Notes: generated by a model from the sequence alone, not told the origin. A stretch of DNA of 64,000 bases from an uncultured delta proteobacterium (GCA_963745035.1 CAVUVW010000024.1:1-64000), one strand, 5' to 3'. Shown: positions 1 to 13,424, counted from the stretch's first letter. Program-made: numbers and translations.

Positions 1-491
1 TATCACTGCGCCGCTCCAAAGCCTTGCAGGAAGAAATGAAAAAGCCAGCCAGCGAGCGCCGGGACCGTGACGCAGTGATCAACGAAGTGATGGACGATTG
101 GCTCTTTCAGACGCCGCTGCTGGAACGCTCAGAACTCGCAAAGCAGCGCCGGCCTGAAGCGGAAGCCCACGGCGGAACCCAACTTGATCACAGCAATCTG
201 CTCAAAGTGTTCAACCGGTTATTGGCAGACGCCAAGCTCCGGAGAGTCCGCTTCCATGATCTGCGACACACCTTTGCGTCTCTGCTGCTCCAACAAGGCG
301 AATCGCTGGCCTACGTGAAAGAGCAGATGGGGCATAGCTCAATTAACGTGACGGTGGACATCTACGGGCATCTAGTTCCAGGTGGAAACCGGCAGGCGGT
401 AGACAAGCTGGATGCTGTCGTAGCTGAAGCCGAATCGCAGAACCGCCGGAAAACGCGAAGTGGAAACAAAAGTGGTAACAATTGGAAATAG
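1..491 (+). CDS. Tyrosine recombinase/phage integrase, C-terminal part (starts before the window)
   Basis: Motifs RFHDLRHTFAS and MGHSSINVTVDIYGH (HxxR, H, catalytic Y); stop lies 35 bp from the tRNA-Arg CCA end. Confidence 0.9.
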   Translation, partial: SLRRSKALQEEMKKPASERRDRDAVINEVMDDWLFQTPLLERSELAKQRRPEAEAHGGTQLDHSNLLKVFNRLLADAKLRRVRFHDLRHTFASLLLQQGESLAYVKEQMGHSSINVTVDIYGHLVPGGNRQAVDKLDAVVAEAESQNRRKTRSGNKSGNNWK

Positions 492-526
492 GACCAGATT
501 TGGCGGGCGTAAGTGCTTGAAATTAC

Positions 527-603
527 TGGCGCGCCCGGAGGGATTCGAACCCCCAACCCCCAGATCCGTAGTCTGGTGCTCTGTCCAATTGAGCTACGGG
601 CGC
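527..603 (-). tRNA. tRNA-Arg(ACG)
   Basis: Reverse complement GCGCCCGTAGCTCAATTGGACAGAGCACCAGACT-ACG-GATCTGG...GTTCGAATCC...GGGCGCGCCA; 77 nt, encoded CCA. Confidence 0.97.
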
Positions 604-663
604 AAATTGCGGATCACAAATTTTCAGCCGATCTGAGATATGAGACTTGTGATCTGCCATGAA

Positions 664-754
664 TGGCGGAGAGAGAGGGATTTGAACCCTCGGTACCCTT
701 TTGGGGTACACACGCTTAGCAGGCGTGCGCCTTAGACCACTCGGCCATCTCTCC
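664..754 (-). tRNA. tRNA-Ser(GCT)
   Basis: Reverse complement GGAGAGATGGCCGAGTGG...CACGCCT-GCT-AAGCGTG, long variable arm, GTTCAAATCC, CCA. Confidence 0.97.
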
Positions 755-918
755 GTGCCGGTCCGATTCTTCGCATCCGGCTTATGAGCCGGTTAAGCTG
801 TGTAGCGCTGTAAAAGTTAAGTGTTCCTAAGGTTCGCTAAAATTACCACAGGAAAATACGCTTTTCTACAATCGGCATTGTATTCATGCCGTTCATTTAG
901 ACTCGACGAGCCCCAAAG

Positions 919-954
919 AAAAAGGAGCAGGCGCGCCGCGCTCTGCCCCTTTTT
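919..954. terminator. Probable intrinsic terminator of the ABC operon
   Basis: Imperfect GC hairpin flanked by A5 and T5 just after the stop at 977. Confidence 0.6.
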
Positions 955-976
955 CAATCGAGAAAGTTAGTTTTCG

Positions 977-2134
977 TTAGCCTTCCCAGATCGGCTTCAC
1001 AAACGTATCGAGCCATTTCTTTGGATCTTCGAGGAACAGCTTGTCCGTCACCGGCAGCGTCTTTGCGCCTTTGCCGAACGCCGACTCGATGGACGTCTTC
1101 GATTTGAAATCGTTGCGCGAGGATTCTCGACCGACGGAGTCGATGGTCTTCTGCCCTTCTTCGGAGATCAACCACTCAGCGAAGAGCTTGGCGGCATTGG
1201 GATTAGGCGCCTTGGCGTAGATGCCGGCTTGGCGCGGGAACAACACCGGCGGGTTGGTTTTGACGTAGTTCACCGGCGTGCCCTTGTGCATTTCTTCCAT
1301 GACATCGTGCAACAAAGCCGGCATGGCGATGTTATATTCGCCGGAAATCATCAAGCGAAACATCGCGCTCGTACTTTTGTGCACCGGCACGTTCAGGGCT
1401 TTGAGGTCTTTCAAGAATTTGTTGAAGCGCGCGTCGTCGTTCCATTGCGTCTTCAATGCCGCAAGCATCGAGCTCAGCGGCCCCGCGCGCATTGGATCGT
1501 CCAGCGCGATCATGCCCTTGTACTTCGGATTGGCCACTTCCTCCCAGCTCTTGGGCGCTTCGGCCGGCTTCATTTTTCTGCTGTTGAACGCGAGCGCCTG
1601 GATTTGCAGGCTCACCGTCGGCAAAGTCGGATCGTGCAGTAACAAGACATCTTTCTGAACCGTCTCGTAGCTCATGATGCCGCCCGCAGCGCGGATGACC
1701 GGCGGCGCGTTGTCGGAGAGCACGACATCGAAGCTCGACTGACCGCCCTGGAACTCGGTCAAAACCCGCGTGATGATCTCCGGATTGCGGCCCTGCCAGT
1801 AGGTCGCTTTGATGCCCGGATACCGTTTCATGAACGCGTCGGTGATGACGCGCAGATGCTCCACGTCCCAGACCGAATAGACGACCAGATTGCCTTCCTG
1901 CTTGGCCTTGGGGTAGAGTTCCTGACTGGCCTTATCAAATGCCTTCTTCGCCGCGGCGGTCGCGTTGGCGCTTCCCGCTTCCTTTCTAACCTGCTGCGGA
2001 ATCGCTTTTTGGGCCGCGGCCTTGGGATCCGCCTCCTTGGCCGACTCTTTCACGCCGCTCTTCTCGGCAGCCAGCGCTACCGAACCGGCTAAAAAGCCGG
2101 CGGCGAGCGCGGCGGCCAGCGTTGATTTTTTCAT
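977..2134 (-). CDS. ABC transporter extracellular solute-binding protein (Fe3+/thiamine-like class)
   Basis: Signal peptide; AKQEGNLVVYS and APNPNAAKLFAEWLISEEGQ motifs. Confidence 0.88.
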   Translation of the reverse strand: MKKSTLAAALAAGFLAGSVALAAEKSGVKESAKEADPKAAAQKAIPQQVRKEAGSANATAAAKKAFDKASQELYPKAKQEGNLVVYSVWDVEHLRVITDAFMKRYPGIKATYWQGRNPEIITRVLTEFQGGQSSFDVVLSDNAPPVIRAAGGIMSYETVQKDVLLLHDPTLPTVSLQIQALAFNSRKMKPAEAPKSWEEVANPKYKGMIALDDPMRAGPLSSMLAALKTQWNDDARFNKFLKDLKALNVPVHKSTSAMFRLMISGEYNIAMPALLHDVMEEMHKGTPVNYVKTNPPVLFPRQAGIYAKAPNPNAAKLFAEWLISEEGQKTIDSVGRESSRNDFKSKTSIESAFGKGAKTLPVTDKLFLEDPKKWLDTFVKPIWEG

Positions 2135-2175
2135 GCTCGCCTCCCCCTTTTTTCCTGCGTAGATTGGACGCTCGA

Positions 2176-3882
2176 TTACAAGCTGAACTTCATTTTGAAC
2201 GCGAATTTAGCGAGAGACACGGCAACAATCAAGATAATTAAATAGATCACTCCGCCCGCCGCCGCCTCCGCCCACTGCCCCACCCGAAAGTACTCGAACA
2301 ACGTCACCGGACCATATTCCTTGCCGGGGGCGGTCAACAACACCGCCACGTCGACGTTGCGAATCGCCTCGATGAAAATATAAAAGAGCGCCCCGCCCAC
2401 CGACGGCTTGAGGATTGGCAAGGTGATCTTGAAAAAGACGTGGCGCCAGCGCGCGCCGTGCACCCAGGCGGCCTCGTCCAGCTCCTTGTGGATGTTCACG
2501 ATCGAGCCCGAGGCGTTGCGAAAGGCGTACGGAAAGTAGGCGACGAACAGCCCGATGCCCAGGGCCCACAGGCTGTTGTAGAGCGGCGTGCCGATAAAAA
2601 TGATCACCAGCCCGACGGAGAGCACCAGCGGCGGGAACGCCAGCGGCAAGGTGCCGATGAACTCAAAGAGCTTGGTTCCCCAGGCGCGTGTGCGATAGAT
2701 CGTAAACGCCATCGTGATACCCGCCAGCACGGTGATTCCCGCGATCGAAATCGACAGCACCAGCGAGTTATAAAGCCCTGTGACGAAGCTCGGATGTCTC
2801 AAGACCGTGAAGTAATTGTTTAATACTGCGTTGGTCGGAAATTTCATAAACGTGTCGTAATCGTAGTAGGGGATCATCGACACCACGATCAGCACAATGA
2901 AGGGGATCAGGATGCCGGCGAGAAAATAGAGGAACACGGCGAGGAACGTCAGGTACTTCCACGGGCCGATATCGATCACTCGGACCCGATACCCCTTGCC
3001 GGTGATGGTCGCGTAGCGCTCGGAAAAACGCGTCGCGCGCACGTAGAAATAAAGCGTGATCACCGAGAGCACGACCAGGATGACGCTGTAGGAAGTCGCC
3101 AGGCCGGTGTTGAACTCGAGCGCCATGGAGTCGTAGACCCGGCTGACGAAAACTTTGATGTTGCCCGGCGTGCCCTGCAGCACCGGCGTCTCGAAGGAGC
3201 GCAGCCCGCGCAAGAAGTTGAGCACTAACGCGGAGAGGAAAGCCGGCACGGCGAGCGGAAAGGTAATTTTGAGCATCGTGTGCATCGGCCTGCTGCCGGC
3301 GATGTACGCGCTCTCCTCGAGGGACGGGTCGAAGGATAAGAACACCGGCAGCAAAAATAGATAGCCGAGCGGCACACAGGCAAGCCCGAACACCCAGATC
3401 ATGCCCGCCATGCTGAAGGCGTTGAACACCGGCGTGGAGATCCCGAAGAACTGGTCCAGCATGCCATTCAAGATGCCGGACTTGGGCGCCAAAAGTAGGA
3501 TCCAAGCGATGTTCTTCATGATCGTCGGCATCAGGATCGGATAGAGCGGCATCAACTCCACCAAAGCCTTACCCGGAGTATTGGTGCGCGCCACGATCCA
3601 CGCCAACAACGCGCCCACCCCAGTGCCGAGCAACGCCGAGCCGGCGGCATAAGTCACCGAGTTGCCGAGCATCGGCATGATGTCCTTGTCGGCGAACACG
3701 CGCGCGTAGTTGTCGATGTTGAGGCCGACGTCGAAGCCCAGCCGCCCGCTCGTAAAGCTGCGCCAAAATACCACCAGGATCGGCGTGATAATCGCCGCGC
3801 CGGCGATGGTGCTCGCCAGCAGCGGCACGAGGGTTCCCTGACGGAAGGCGATTTTAAAGGAGTTTGCGATCGCCGTGGCCAT
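2176..3882 (-). CDS. ABC transporter permease, FbpB-like double domain
   Basis: Two EAA loops (LEESAYIAGS, LDEAAWVHGA); many transmembrane segments. Confidence 0.9.
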   Translation of the reverse strand: MATAIANSFKIAFRQGTLVPLLASTIAGAAIITPILVVFWRSFTSGRLGFDVGLNIDNYARVFADKDIMPMLGNSVTYAAGSALLGTGVGALLAWIVARTNTPGKALVELMPLYPILMPTIMKNIAWILLLAPKSGILNGMLDQFFGISTPVFNAFSMAGMIWVFGLACVPLGYLFLLPVFLSFDPSLEESAYIAGSRPMHTMLKITFPLAVPAFLSALVLNFLRGLRSFETPVLQGTPGNIKVFVSRVYDSMALEFNTGLATSYSVILVVLSVITLYFYVRATRFSERYATITGKGYRVRVIDIGPWKYLTFLAVFLYFLAGILIPFIVLIVVSMIPYYDYDTFMKFPTNAVLNNYFTVLRHPSFVTGLYNSLVLSISIAGITVLAGITMAFTIYRTRAWGTKLFEFIGTLPLAFPPLVLSVGLVIIFIGTPLYNSLWALGIGLFVAYFPYAFRNASGSIVNIHKELDEAAWVHGARWRHVFFKITLPILKPSVGGALFYIFIEAIRNVDVAVLLTAPGKEYGPVTLFEYFRVGQWAEAAAGGVIYLIILIVAVSLAKFAFKMKFSL

Positions 3883-3971
3883 TATTTCTCTCGCTTCATC
3901 AAATTACCGTAAGCTCGCGCGTCGTCGCGCGATCCATACACAAGCGCCCAAGAATGCGTCGCGTGCGGCGC

Positions 3972-5075
3972 TCAGTGAACAACGATGACGCTGATGGCGG
4001 AACGGTCGATGGAGACAAACGTCTTGCCGCCGTCGCCGTTGATGTGAATCATCGGGCAGAGCTTGTGGGACGTAACGACCATTTCCTTGGAGCCGATCTG
4101 CACGCGATGATCGGTCAAGCCGCCGCGGTATTCGCGGCCGATCATGACGCCTTCGATCACGTTGTCGGCGTTGTCGGGGAATTTTTCGTTGCTGAGCTTG
4201 ACCTCGGTTGTGCGGATCACCACTTTGCAGGCGTCGCCCGCGCACAATCCCTGCGCCGCCGGCGAGCGTAGATTCGCGCCGTTGAACTCCGGCACGTGGA
4301 TCACGCACTCGGCGCCGTCGATCTTGACCACCTTGCCGTCGACCAGGGTCGAGTGGCCGACGAACGAAGCGACGAACGGATGCGCCGGCCGGTTGTAAAT
4401 CTCATCGGGCGCGCCGTATTGGAGAATCTTGCCGGCGTCCATCACCACCACCGCGTCGGAAATCGTAAACGCTTCCTCCTGATCGTGGGTGACGTAAAGC
4501 GCGCTGATGCCGACCTTCTTGATCAAACGCTTGAGCTCGACGCGCATCTCTTCGCGCAGCTTCGCGTCGAGATTGCTGAGCGGCTCGTCGAGAAGAATCA
4601 GCTGCGGCTCCAGGGCCAGGCTGCGCGCCAGCGCGACACGCTGCTGCTGGCCGCCGCTCAATTGCGACGGGTAGCGCTGCTCGCGCCCCTTCAAACCGAC
4701 GAGCTCGAGCGTCCCCATGACTTTGCGCTCGATCTCGGTGTCGGGCTTCCTGCGCAGCTTAAGACCGAAGGCGACGTTCTTGAAGACCGTCATGTGCGGC
4801 CAGAGCGCGTAGTTTTGAAACACGAAACCGATTTCGCGCGCGTACGGCGGCACGAGGATGCCCCGCTCGATGGACGTCTGGACCTTGTCGGCGATCGCGA
4901 TCGATCCCGTGTCCGGCACTTCGAGCCCCGCGATCGAGCGCAGCAACGTCGTCTTGCCACAGCCGGAAGGACCCAGGAAAGAGAGGATCCCGTTTTCGAA
5001 CTCGAAGCTCACGCCGTCGAGCGCCTTCACGTCTTTGTAAAGCTTGGTGACGCCTTCAACTTTCAAAATAGGCAT
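3972..5075 (-). CDS. ABC transporter ATP-binding protein (FbpC/PotA-like)
   Basis: GPSGCGKT, LSGGQQQR, LLDEP, VTHDQEEA. Confidence 0.95.
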   Translation of the reverse strand: MPILKVEGVTKLYKDVKALDGVSFEFENGILSFLGPSGCGKTTLLRSIAGLEVPDTGSIAIADKVQTSIERGILVPPYAREIGFVFQNYALWPHMTVFKNVAFGLKLRRKPDTEIERKVMGTLELVGLKGREQRYPSQLSGGQQQRVALARSLALEPQLILLDEPLSNLDAKLREEMRVELKRLIKKVGISALYVTHDQEEAFTISDAVVVMDAGKILQYGAPDEIYNRPAHPFVASFVGHSTLVDGKVVKIDGAECVIHVPEFNGANLRSPAAQGLCAGDACKVVIRTTEVKLSNEKFPDNADNVIEGVMIGREYRGGLTDHRVQIGSKEMVVTSHKLCPMIHINGDGGKTFVSIDRSAISVIVVH

Positions 5076-5345
5076 TGTTCATCCACCCTCGCCGTGCGGC
5101 GCAAGAAGCAGGCCAGCCGGTGATGGCTTTGTACGGTTATTATCCCAATCCCCGGAAAAATGGAAACATACCGATTTCTGTGAAATCCTCAACAGCCCGT
5201 GTGCCGACGCATCGCTGCGGCTGAGGCTAAGCACGCGGGCCGCAACTATCCAATTGTTGAGCAAGTGCTGCCGGGAAATTGAGCTTGCGCTTGATGGTGC
5301 TGCGGCCGCGGGCCCATCTACGAGCAGTCGCGCAACCCAGGTTCG

Positions 5346-5380
5346 CCTGGATTCCCGCTACACGCATGCGGGAATGACGG
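5346..5380. repeat. REP-like palindrome, family A (second copy at 24564-24598)
   Basis: CCTGGATTCCCGC-N5-GCATGCGGGAATGACGG, near-identical at both sites. Confidence 0.8.
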
Positions 5381-5429
5381 ATTAGGAACTACTCGCGAGC
5401 ACGCTGCGGGCGGAATTCACCCGCAGAGA

Positions 5430-7880
<2,451 letters not shown>

Positions 7881-7907
7881 CGAATTCTCGAAGCTTGAGA
7901 AAACACC

Positions 7908-9311
7908 TCAAGTCAGCGGGACAACCTGTTGATGCTTGGCGATCTCCACTTTCCACTTGAGCCGGTCGCGAATCGCGTCGGCGAGCGCGGCGGCCGCCGG
8001 CGGCTCGCCGTGGACGATGTACGTCGTGCGCGGCGGCTTCGTGAACGTCCCGAGCCAGCGCAGGATCTCCCCCTGATCGGCATGCGCGGAAAAACCGTCG
8101 AGAACGTGAACCCGCGCGCGCACCGCCACGACCTCGCCGAGCAGCTTGATCTCCGTGGCGCCGTCCTGCAGCGATCGCCCGCGCGTGCCGGCGGCCTGGT
8201 AGCCGGCGAACAGCACGGTCGTATCGGGATGGGGCAGCCGTTGCTTGAGATGATGCAAGACCCGTCCGCCGGTCGCCATGCCGCTCGCCGAGATGATCAC
8301 CATCGGACCCTTGGCCTGGTTGATCGACTTCGACTGCTCCGGCGTCCTGTGCACGACCATGTTGCGCGAGCTGATCGGGCAATGCTCCCGGCTCTGCAGT
8401 TGCTGCATCTCCAAATCGTGCTCGTCGGTGTGCCGGCAGTAAATCTCCGTCGCTTCCAATCCCATCGGACTGTCCACGTGAACCGGGAGCACGGGGATCT
8501 CGCCGTCGTCCTCCATTTTGCGAATGATGTAAATCAATTCCTGGGTTCGGCCGACGGCGAAAGCTGGAATGATCAGGCAGCCGCGCCGCTCGACCGTCGC
8601 CTTGATCAGCTCGCGCAGCTCGCTTTCGGAATCCTTGGCGTGGCTTCGGTTGCCGTAGGTCGACTCGATAAGCAGCCAGTCGGCGCCGCCCGCGGGCTCA
8701 GGATCTTTGAGGATCGGCCGGTCGTAGCGCCCAAGGTCGCCCGAGTCGACGAGCGTTCTCACATGCCCGTTTGACTTGAAAGATAGTCGCGCCGAACCGG
8801 CGCCGAGAATATGGCCGACCCGGCTGAATTCGAGGAACACGCCTTCGGCGACCTCGACGGACTCGCCGATGCGCGTCGAGCGCAGCAGGGTCAAAGACAG
8901 CTCGGCGTCCTCGACGCGATAGAGCGGCAGTGCCGGCGTGTGGCGCGAATAGCCTTTGCGGTTCGCGTAGCGCGCCTCTTCTTCCTGTAAGTGCGCCGCG
9001 TCCGGGAGCATCACGCCCAAAAGATCGCAGGTGGCGGGCGTCGCGAACACCGGTCCTTTATAGCCTTTGGAAACCAATCGCGGGAGGTAACCCGAATGAT
9101 CGATGTGTGCGTGGGTGAGAATCACCGCGCGCAAGCGCTCCAGATCGATCGGCACCGGCGCCCAGTTGCGCTGGCGCAGTTCCTTCAGCCCCTGAAACAA
9201 GCCGCAGTCGATCAAGACCTGATCGTCGCCGCACGAAAATAAATATTTCGATCCAGTGACCCCGCCCGCCGCGCCCAAAAACTGCAACGAAGCCGCCGCG
9301 CCATTCGACAT
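7908..9311 (-). CDS. MBL-fold metallo-hydrolase, beta-CASP RNA-processing family
   Basis: THAHIDH, GHILG, ESTYG, PAFAVGR, FSAHAD, VHGE. Confidence 0.92.
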   Translation of the reverse strand: MSNGAAASLQFLGAAGGVTGSKYLFSCGDDQVLIDCGLFQGLKELRQRNWAPVPIDLERLRAVILTHAHIDHSGYLPRLVSKGYKGPVFATPATCDLLGVMLPDAAHLQEEEARYANRKGYSRHTPALPLYRVEDAELSLTLLRSTRIGESVEVAEGVFLEFSRVGHILGAGSARLSFKSNGHVRTLVDSGDLGRYDRPILKDPEPAGGADWLLIESTYGNRSHAKDSESELRELIKATVERRGCLIIPAFAVGRTQELIYIIRKMEDDGEIPVLPVHVDSPMGLEATEIYCRHTDEHDLEMQQLQSREHCPISSRNMVVHRTPEQSKSINQAKGPMVIISASGMATGGRVLHHLKQRLPHPDTTVLFAGYQAAGTRGRSLQDGATEIKLLGEVVAVRARVHVLDGFSAHADQGEILRWLGTFTKPPRTTYIVHGEPPAAAALADAIRDRLKWKVEIAKHQQVVPLT

Positions 9312-9453
9312 GCACCACCATCCTCAAACGGTTGTCTCGCACCGATTAAGTAAACAGAGCAACGCAACTTGCGCAAGCGCGTGGCGCAATTCCCATCACT
9401 CCATGACTCCAACCTCCAAAGCATGCGGAACATTGCGACGAAGACTAGCTTGA

Positions 9454-9542
9454 TGGCGGAGGGGGCGGGATTCGAACCCGCGGCCCACGGTGTGGGCGCC
9501 GGTTTTCAAGACCGGTGGTTTCAACCGCTCACCCACCCCTCC
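9454..9542 (-). tRNA. tRNA-Ser(TGA)
   Basis: Reverse complement GGAGGGGTGGGTGAGCGG...CCGGTCT-TGA-AAACCGG, long variable arm, GTTCGAATCC, CCA. Confidence 0.95.
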
Positions 9543-9557
9543 GAGAATGATGTTCAA

Positions 9558-10757
9558 CTACTTACGCGGTCTACGTGCGCTCGGCGGGAAAATCCTTGGT
9601 AACAGCATGTGGAACAAATTCCGAATCCTTTTGCAACGTCGCCGCGGTTTTAAATTCACATAGCGCTTGATGCATCTGCAACGCTGTTGTGTCCGGCCGC
9701 TTTCATCGCGATATCGACGTGAACACCGCGGCGCGACCATTCCGTCTTGGCGCTGTGTCGGTAATCGTGAAAGCGAAAATTTTCGATCTTCGCGCGCTTG
9801 CGAGCAACTCTCACGGCCTGTGTGATCATGTCCTTCGTGATCGGCCGCCCGTCATCCCGCGTAAATACCAGGCCGTTGACATTGGCGACGATGGCGCCGC
9901 TGCGTTTCTCCTGCTCGATCTCTTCCAGGATCTCCAAGACGCGATCGGTAAGCGGCGCTCGCTGCTCAACGCCTGTCTTGACTCTGCCGCCCGTGGGAAC
10001 GATCTCCCGCTGTACGCGATCGATCATGCCTTTTGTCAGTCGAACGATGTCGCCTTGTGATAAACACGTCTCGCGCGCAACCATGGCGACGCGCTGAAGC
10101 CATGCCGGATAGGCTTCTAAGATTGCCCTTTCTTCTTTGTCATTCAGAATCCGATCACGGTGCGATCGCTGTATCAAACCCGCGAAGGAAGGTGTAGCGG
10201 CTTCGTGCTCGTTCTCCCTGGCCTTATTAAGCATGTGGCGAAGACAGGAGAGTTCGTTTGCCACAGTCCCCGGTGAAACTGTCTTGGCGGCCTGCTTCCC
10301 GGCGCGGATGATATGCTCCCGAAGGCGTTGCGTCCGGTACTTGAACAAATGCTCCCGCTGAATCCCTGTAATCAGTACCGAGCCCAACAGCCGCTTGATG
10401 GCCGCCACGAGATCGCGCTCGCGATTGAACGATCGCTTTGTCTTTATTTCCTCGAGATCCAAATAGCAATCCGCCCAGCTCGCAACGGTCATTCCTTCAG
10501 CGGCCTTTATCTTGTCGCCGTCAAAGTCCTCTCTCTTCACGTTCCGGCCCTGATAGAGCGCGAGAGCTTCTTTGGCCGCTCCCAGCTGAGAGCCAAGCGG
10601 GAACTTCCGCCGCTTGCCCTTCCAGTCGGTGAAAAATTGCGTAATAGATCGTCCGCCAGTCGGCGCCGGCGGTCTGGTACTGCCGCCGGTACAGATGCTT
10701 GACCGGCACTTCGACCTTGCCGCGGCGCTCGGTTACTCGTTCGAACGTTTCTTTCAT
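9558..10757 (-). CDS. Tyrosine integrase (frameshifts near 10625 and 9680)
   Basis: Pieces MKETFERV... / VANELSCLRHML...FRFHDYRH...AAGH / RYVNL together give a full integrase. Confidence 0.85.
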
Positions 10758-10802
10758 AAAATTCCTTTCTGCCGTTCCCTAGCTCTGTTATGGTAAGCAG
10801 CA

Positions 10803-11066
10803 ATGTATCCACAAGACCGTGAAATGTGGGTTGCCGTCCTCGCGCTTGCATTCGCAGACTTGGAAAACGACGCTACCCGCCTAGACGCATTCAACTGGAT
10901 CACCTCCACTAACCGCGATGTCGGCAGCTTCAATTGGATTTGTCATCACGTTGGCGTTGAGCCGGCTTATCTGCGCCGCGGGTTGCAACACAATCTGACG
11001 CAACAACACATACCGCCGGTGCTCCGCGCAGTCGGAGAATCCGAGAGTCGGTCCAACACGAGTTAA
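10803..11066 (+). CDS. Hypothetical phage-type protein
   Basis: 87-aa ATG ORF inside the island; W-x-A-V-L...SF-x-WIC pattern recalled from phage hypotheticals. Confidence 0.5.
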   Translation: MYPQDREMWVAVLALAFADLENDATRLDAFNWITSTNRDVGSFNWICHHVGVEPAYLRRGLQHNLTQQHIPPVLRAVGESESRSNTS

Positions 11067-11069
11067 ACA

Positions 11070-11345
11070 TCACCTCCTTTTCAGAAGCTCAATCATTTCT
11101 TCTACCGTCTCGATCTCATCCTTCTTTCTGTAGTAGCAAAGTTCGACCAGTTGCCTCATCTTATTGACAATAATTCGGGCTTCCATCTTACTGAGAGACT
11201 TCTCTTGGTCTTCTGTCGCTTTATTTTCCTCTCTTCTCAGGCGCTCGACTTCCTCAAGCCACGCTTGTAGCATTTCTTTGCTCACCGTGTACTCGTCGGC
11301 GTCTGGTTCGAGGATTTCCCTCATTTGATCAATTGTCTGATGCAC
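11070..11345 (-). CDS. Hypothetical coiled-coil protein
   Basis: 91 aa, E/K-rich, AGGAGAGGG ribosome-binding site upstream. Confidence 0.55.
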   Translation of the reverse strand: MHQTIDQMREILEPDADEYTVSKEMLQAWLEEVERLRREENKATEDQEKSLSKMEARIIVNKMRQLVELCYYRKKDEIETVEEMIELLKRR

Positions 11346-11380
11346 GTCGTCCCTCTCCTTTCATTTGGCTGCTCCTCATG

Positions 11381-11614
11381 TCAGGAAGATGATACTCCAG
11401 TCTCTTGAATTTCCCGAGCCGGACCTTTTGAGCCCGGCCCCACGTTGATATGGGTTTTGATTTCGGCCGGCGATCGCACCGCCCGCCGGCCCGGTTTGCG
11501 TGACCGGTAAGTTTCCCCGCGCGCGAGTACGAGTTCGCCTTTTACCTTGCGCGCCTGTTTTGGAACGCTACCAACTGCCATGATTGAAACGTCTCCCTGA
11601 CGATATGCTTTCAT
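11381..11614 (-). pseudogene. Fragment of a phage protein with a YRQGDV...GE.TGH motif
   Basis: MKAYRQGDV start with GGAGGG RBS; frame breaks at GE(T)GHA. Confidence 0.45.
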
Positions 11615-11754
11615 TTTTTTGCCCTCCGGGTTTAGGGTCGATTTTCAAACCTTAAAGCCAATCAGGGCGCAACGGTGGGGCACGTGGAAAGCAACATTGC
11701 CCCAGGTTACTAAAACCTAGTCCGCGTTAGTCAACCAGTTATTTAGCTTTCTTT

Positions 11755-11943
11755 TTAGGCCGACCGCCGAGTGACTTCGTGTTTTTGTATTTGGTCAAAT
11801 CCGGGCGCTGGATAAGGAAGACGCCACCCACGTCGATATATGGCAATCGACCGCGGTTGATGGATTTTGTGGATCGCCGCCCGCGTCACTTTCAACAGCT
11901 TGGCAGCTTGCGGGACCGTGACAAGTTTCTCGGTGTCAACCAT
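11755..11943 (-). CDS. Excisionase-like HTH DNA-binding protein (probably frameshifted)
   Basis: LVTVPQAAKLLKVTRAAIH helix-turn-helix. Confidence 0.6.
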   Translation of the reverse strand: MVDTEKLVTVPQAAKLLKVTRAAIHKIHQPRSIAIYRRGWRLPYPAPGFDQIQKHEVTRRSA

Positions 11944-12042
11944 GGGAGTCATTATTCAGTTACCCTAACTGTGTCGATCCGCTTCTTTATCTCTCTCCTA
12001 AGAGGTTGTTTAAATTTCCTCTCCATTATAGGAACCGAGAAC

Positions 12043-12813
12043 GTGAAGGAAATTATACAAATATCGTCGGTCATGCTCTGCCACAATCGTCTTGTGCTTT
12101 CAAAAAGATGTCTAGAGTCTTACCTGAATACCATATCGGTTCCTTATGAATTACTTATCGTCAACAACGCATCGACGGATGCCACTAGCGAATGGCTTGA
12201 GGAAATAAGAAAAGATACGCGAATAAGGAATATTATCCATCGGGAGCAAAATGATCCAGCTGCGGCTTTAAATACAGCCCTGGCCATGTGTACGGGCAGA
12301 TACCTCCACATTATGGAAAATGATTATATCTATCATGATGGATGGGATACCTACGTGCTTGACTGTTTTGATCGGATCCCTAACCTCGGCCAGTTATGTA
12401 TTTGCTCGGGAGCCCCAAGATTGATCGGCTCGCATCATAGAGAATTGGTATACCTGTCGACGGATAATGTTGTCAGTAGTTCGGTATTTCCAAGAGCGCT
12501 TTTTTTTGATCAAAAAATTAGATGGCAGAATGATTACAAGGGCTTTATGCCGGGTGACAAGACGTTTTCTGATACAGTGAAAAGAGCTGGATTTCTAGTT
12601 GCCTGGCCTGACAGACACATTGCAGAAGCCGTCGGGTTTTCCAGGAAGGAATACGCAAGAGATCCCGATTACTATATAAAAAACTATAAACGGAAACTTC
12701 CACCCGTCCGGTTATTCTTGAAAAACATGCTTCGCACCAGACGCGATTGGCGAACAATAAAAAGACTAATCATGTTTTACTGGCTCAAAGTGAAGACTTA
12801 TTTCACCTCATAG
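12043..12813 (+). CDS. Glycosyltransferase family 2 (island cargo)
   Basis: YELLIVNNASTDAT, ALNTAL, MENDY; visibly AT-rich; GTG start inferred. Confidence 0.8.
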   Translation: MKEIIQISSVMLCHNRLVLSKRCLESYLNTISVPYELLIVNNASTDATSEWLEEIRKDTRIRNIIHREQNDPAAALNTALAMCTGRYLHIMENDYIYHDGWDTYVLDCFDRIPNLGQLCICSGAPRLIGSHHRELVYLSTDNVVSSSVFPRALFFDQKIRWQNDYKGFMPGDKTFSDTVKRAGFLVAWPDRHIAEAVGFSRKEYARDPDYYIKNYKRKLPPVRLFLKNMLRTRRDWRTIKRLIMFYWLKVKTYFTS

Positions 12814-13424
12814 ATCCGCTACCGTCGAGCACTAAAGGATGATACTCACGGCGCCGTGCTGATGGATCTTCAGCTCTCCGTCTACCGGTTTCAGTCTGTG
12901 CTCGTCGTACCACCCGATATAGTAGCCCTTGTAAGTCCATGTGTGGACATGCGGAGCCTCTTTCTGGCGCTCACTGTTGCTATCATCCTTCTCGGCTGAG
13001 CTTCAACAGAATTTCCCACCCGCGGCCCTGTTCCAATGGCGCCAAAAGCTTCGCCGCGCGTTTAGGTAACCAGTGAGTCCAGCGGCATTCCGGCGAGCAA
13101 AACCTCCGGACACTGCCGCGCCGCGATTGGCGGTCAGCCATGGGAGCCTCACACAGCAGGTTTGAACATCGCTCAGACAGGCCTAATCCAAAGCGTTAAT
13201 GCTTTCCTGGCACACTTTCCCGCCCCGGTTAGGGGTTTGCTACCCTCGCGCAAATTCGTGGTTTTGACCTTCGCGAACGGAAAACCGAAGCCGAGTAGCC
13301 AGAGCGCAGCGACATTTATTCCGTGACGCAGCGCACCGCCGATCAGCCGATGAAGACAATGAAATAGCCCGAAATAGGATTCATTCAGTCTCTTTACCAC
13401 AAGCCGCTGAGGTCGGACGCTTCT

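Noticed and set aside
9454-9542. tRNA-Sec or a suppressor tRNA
   Set aside because: On the coding strand the anticodon is TGA (Ser); TCA appears only on the opposite strand.
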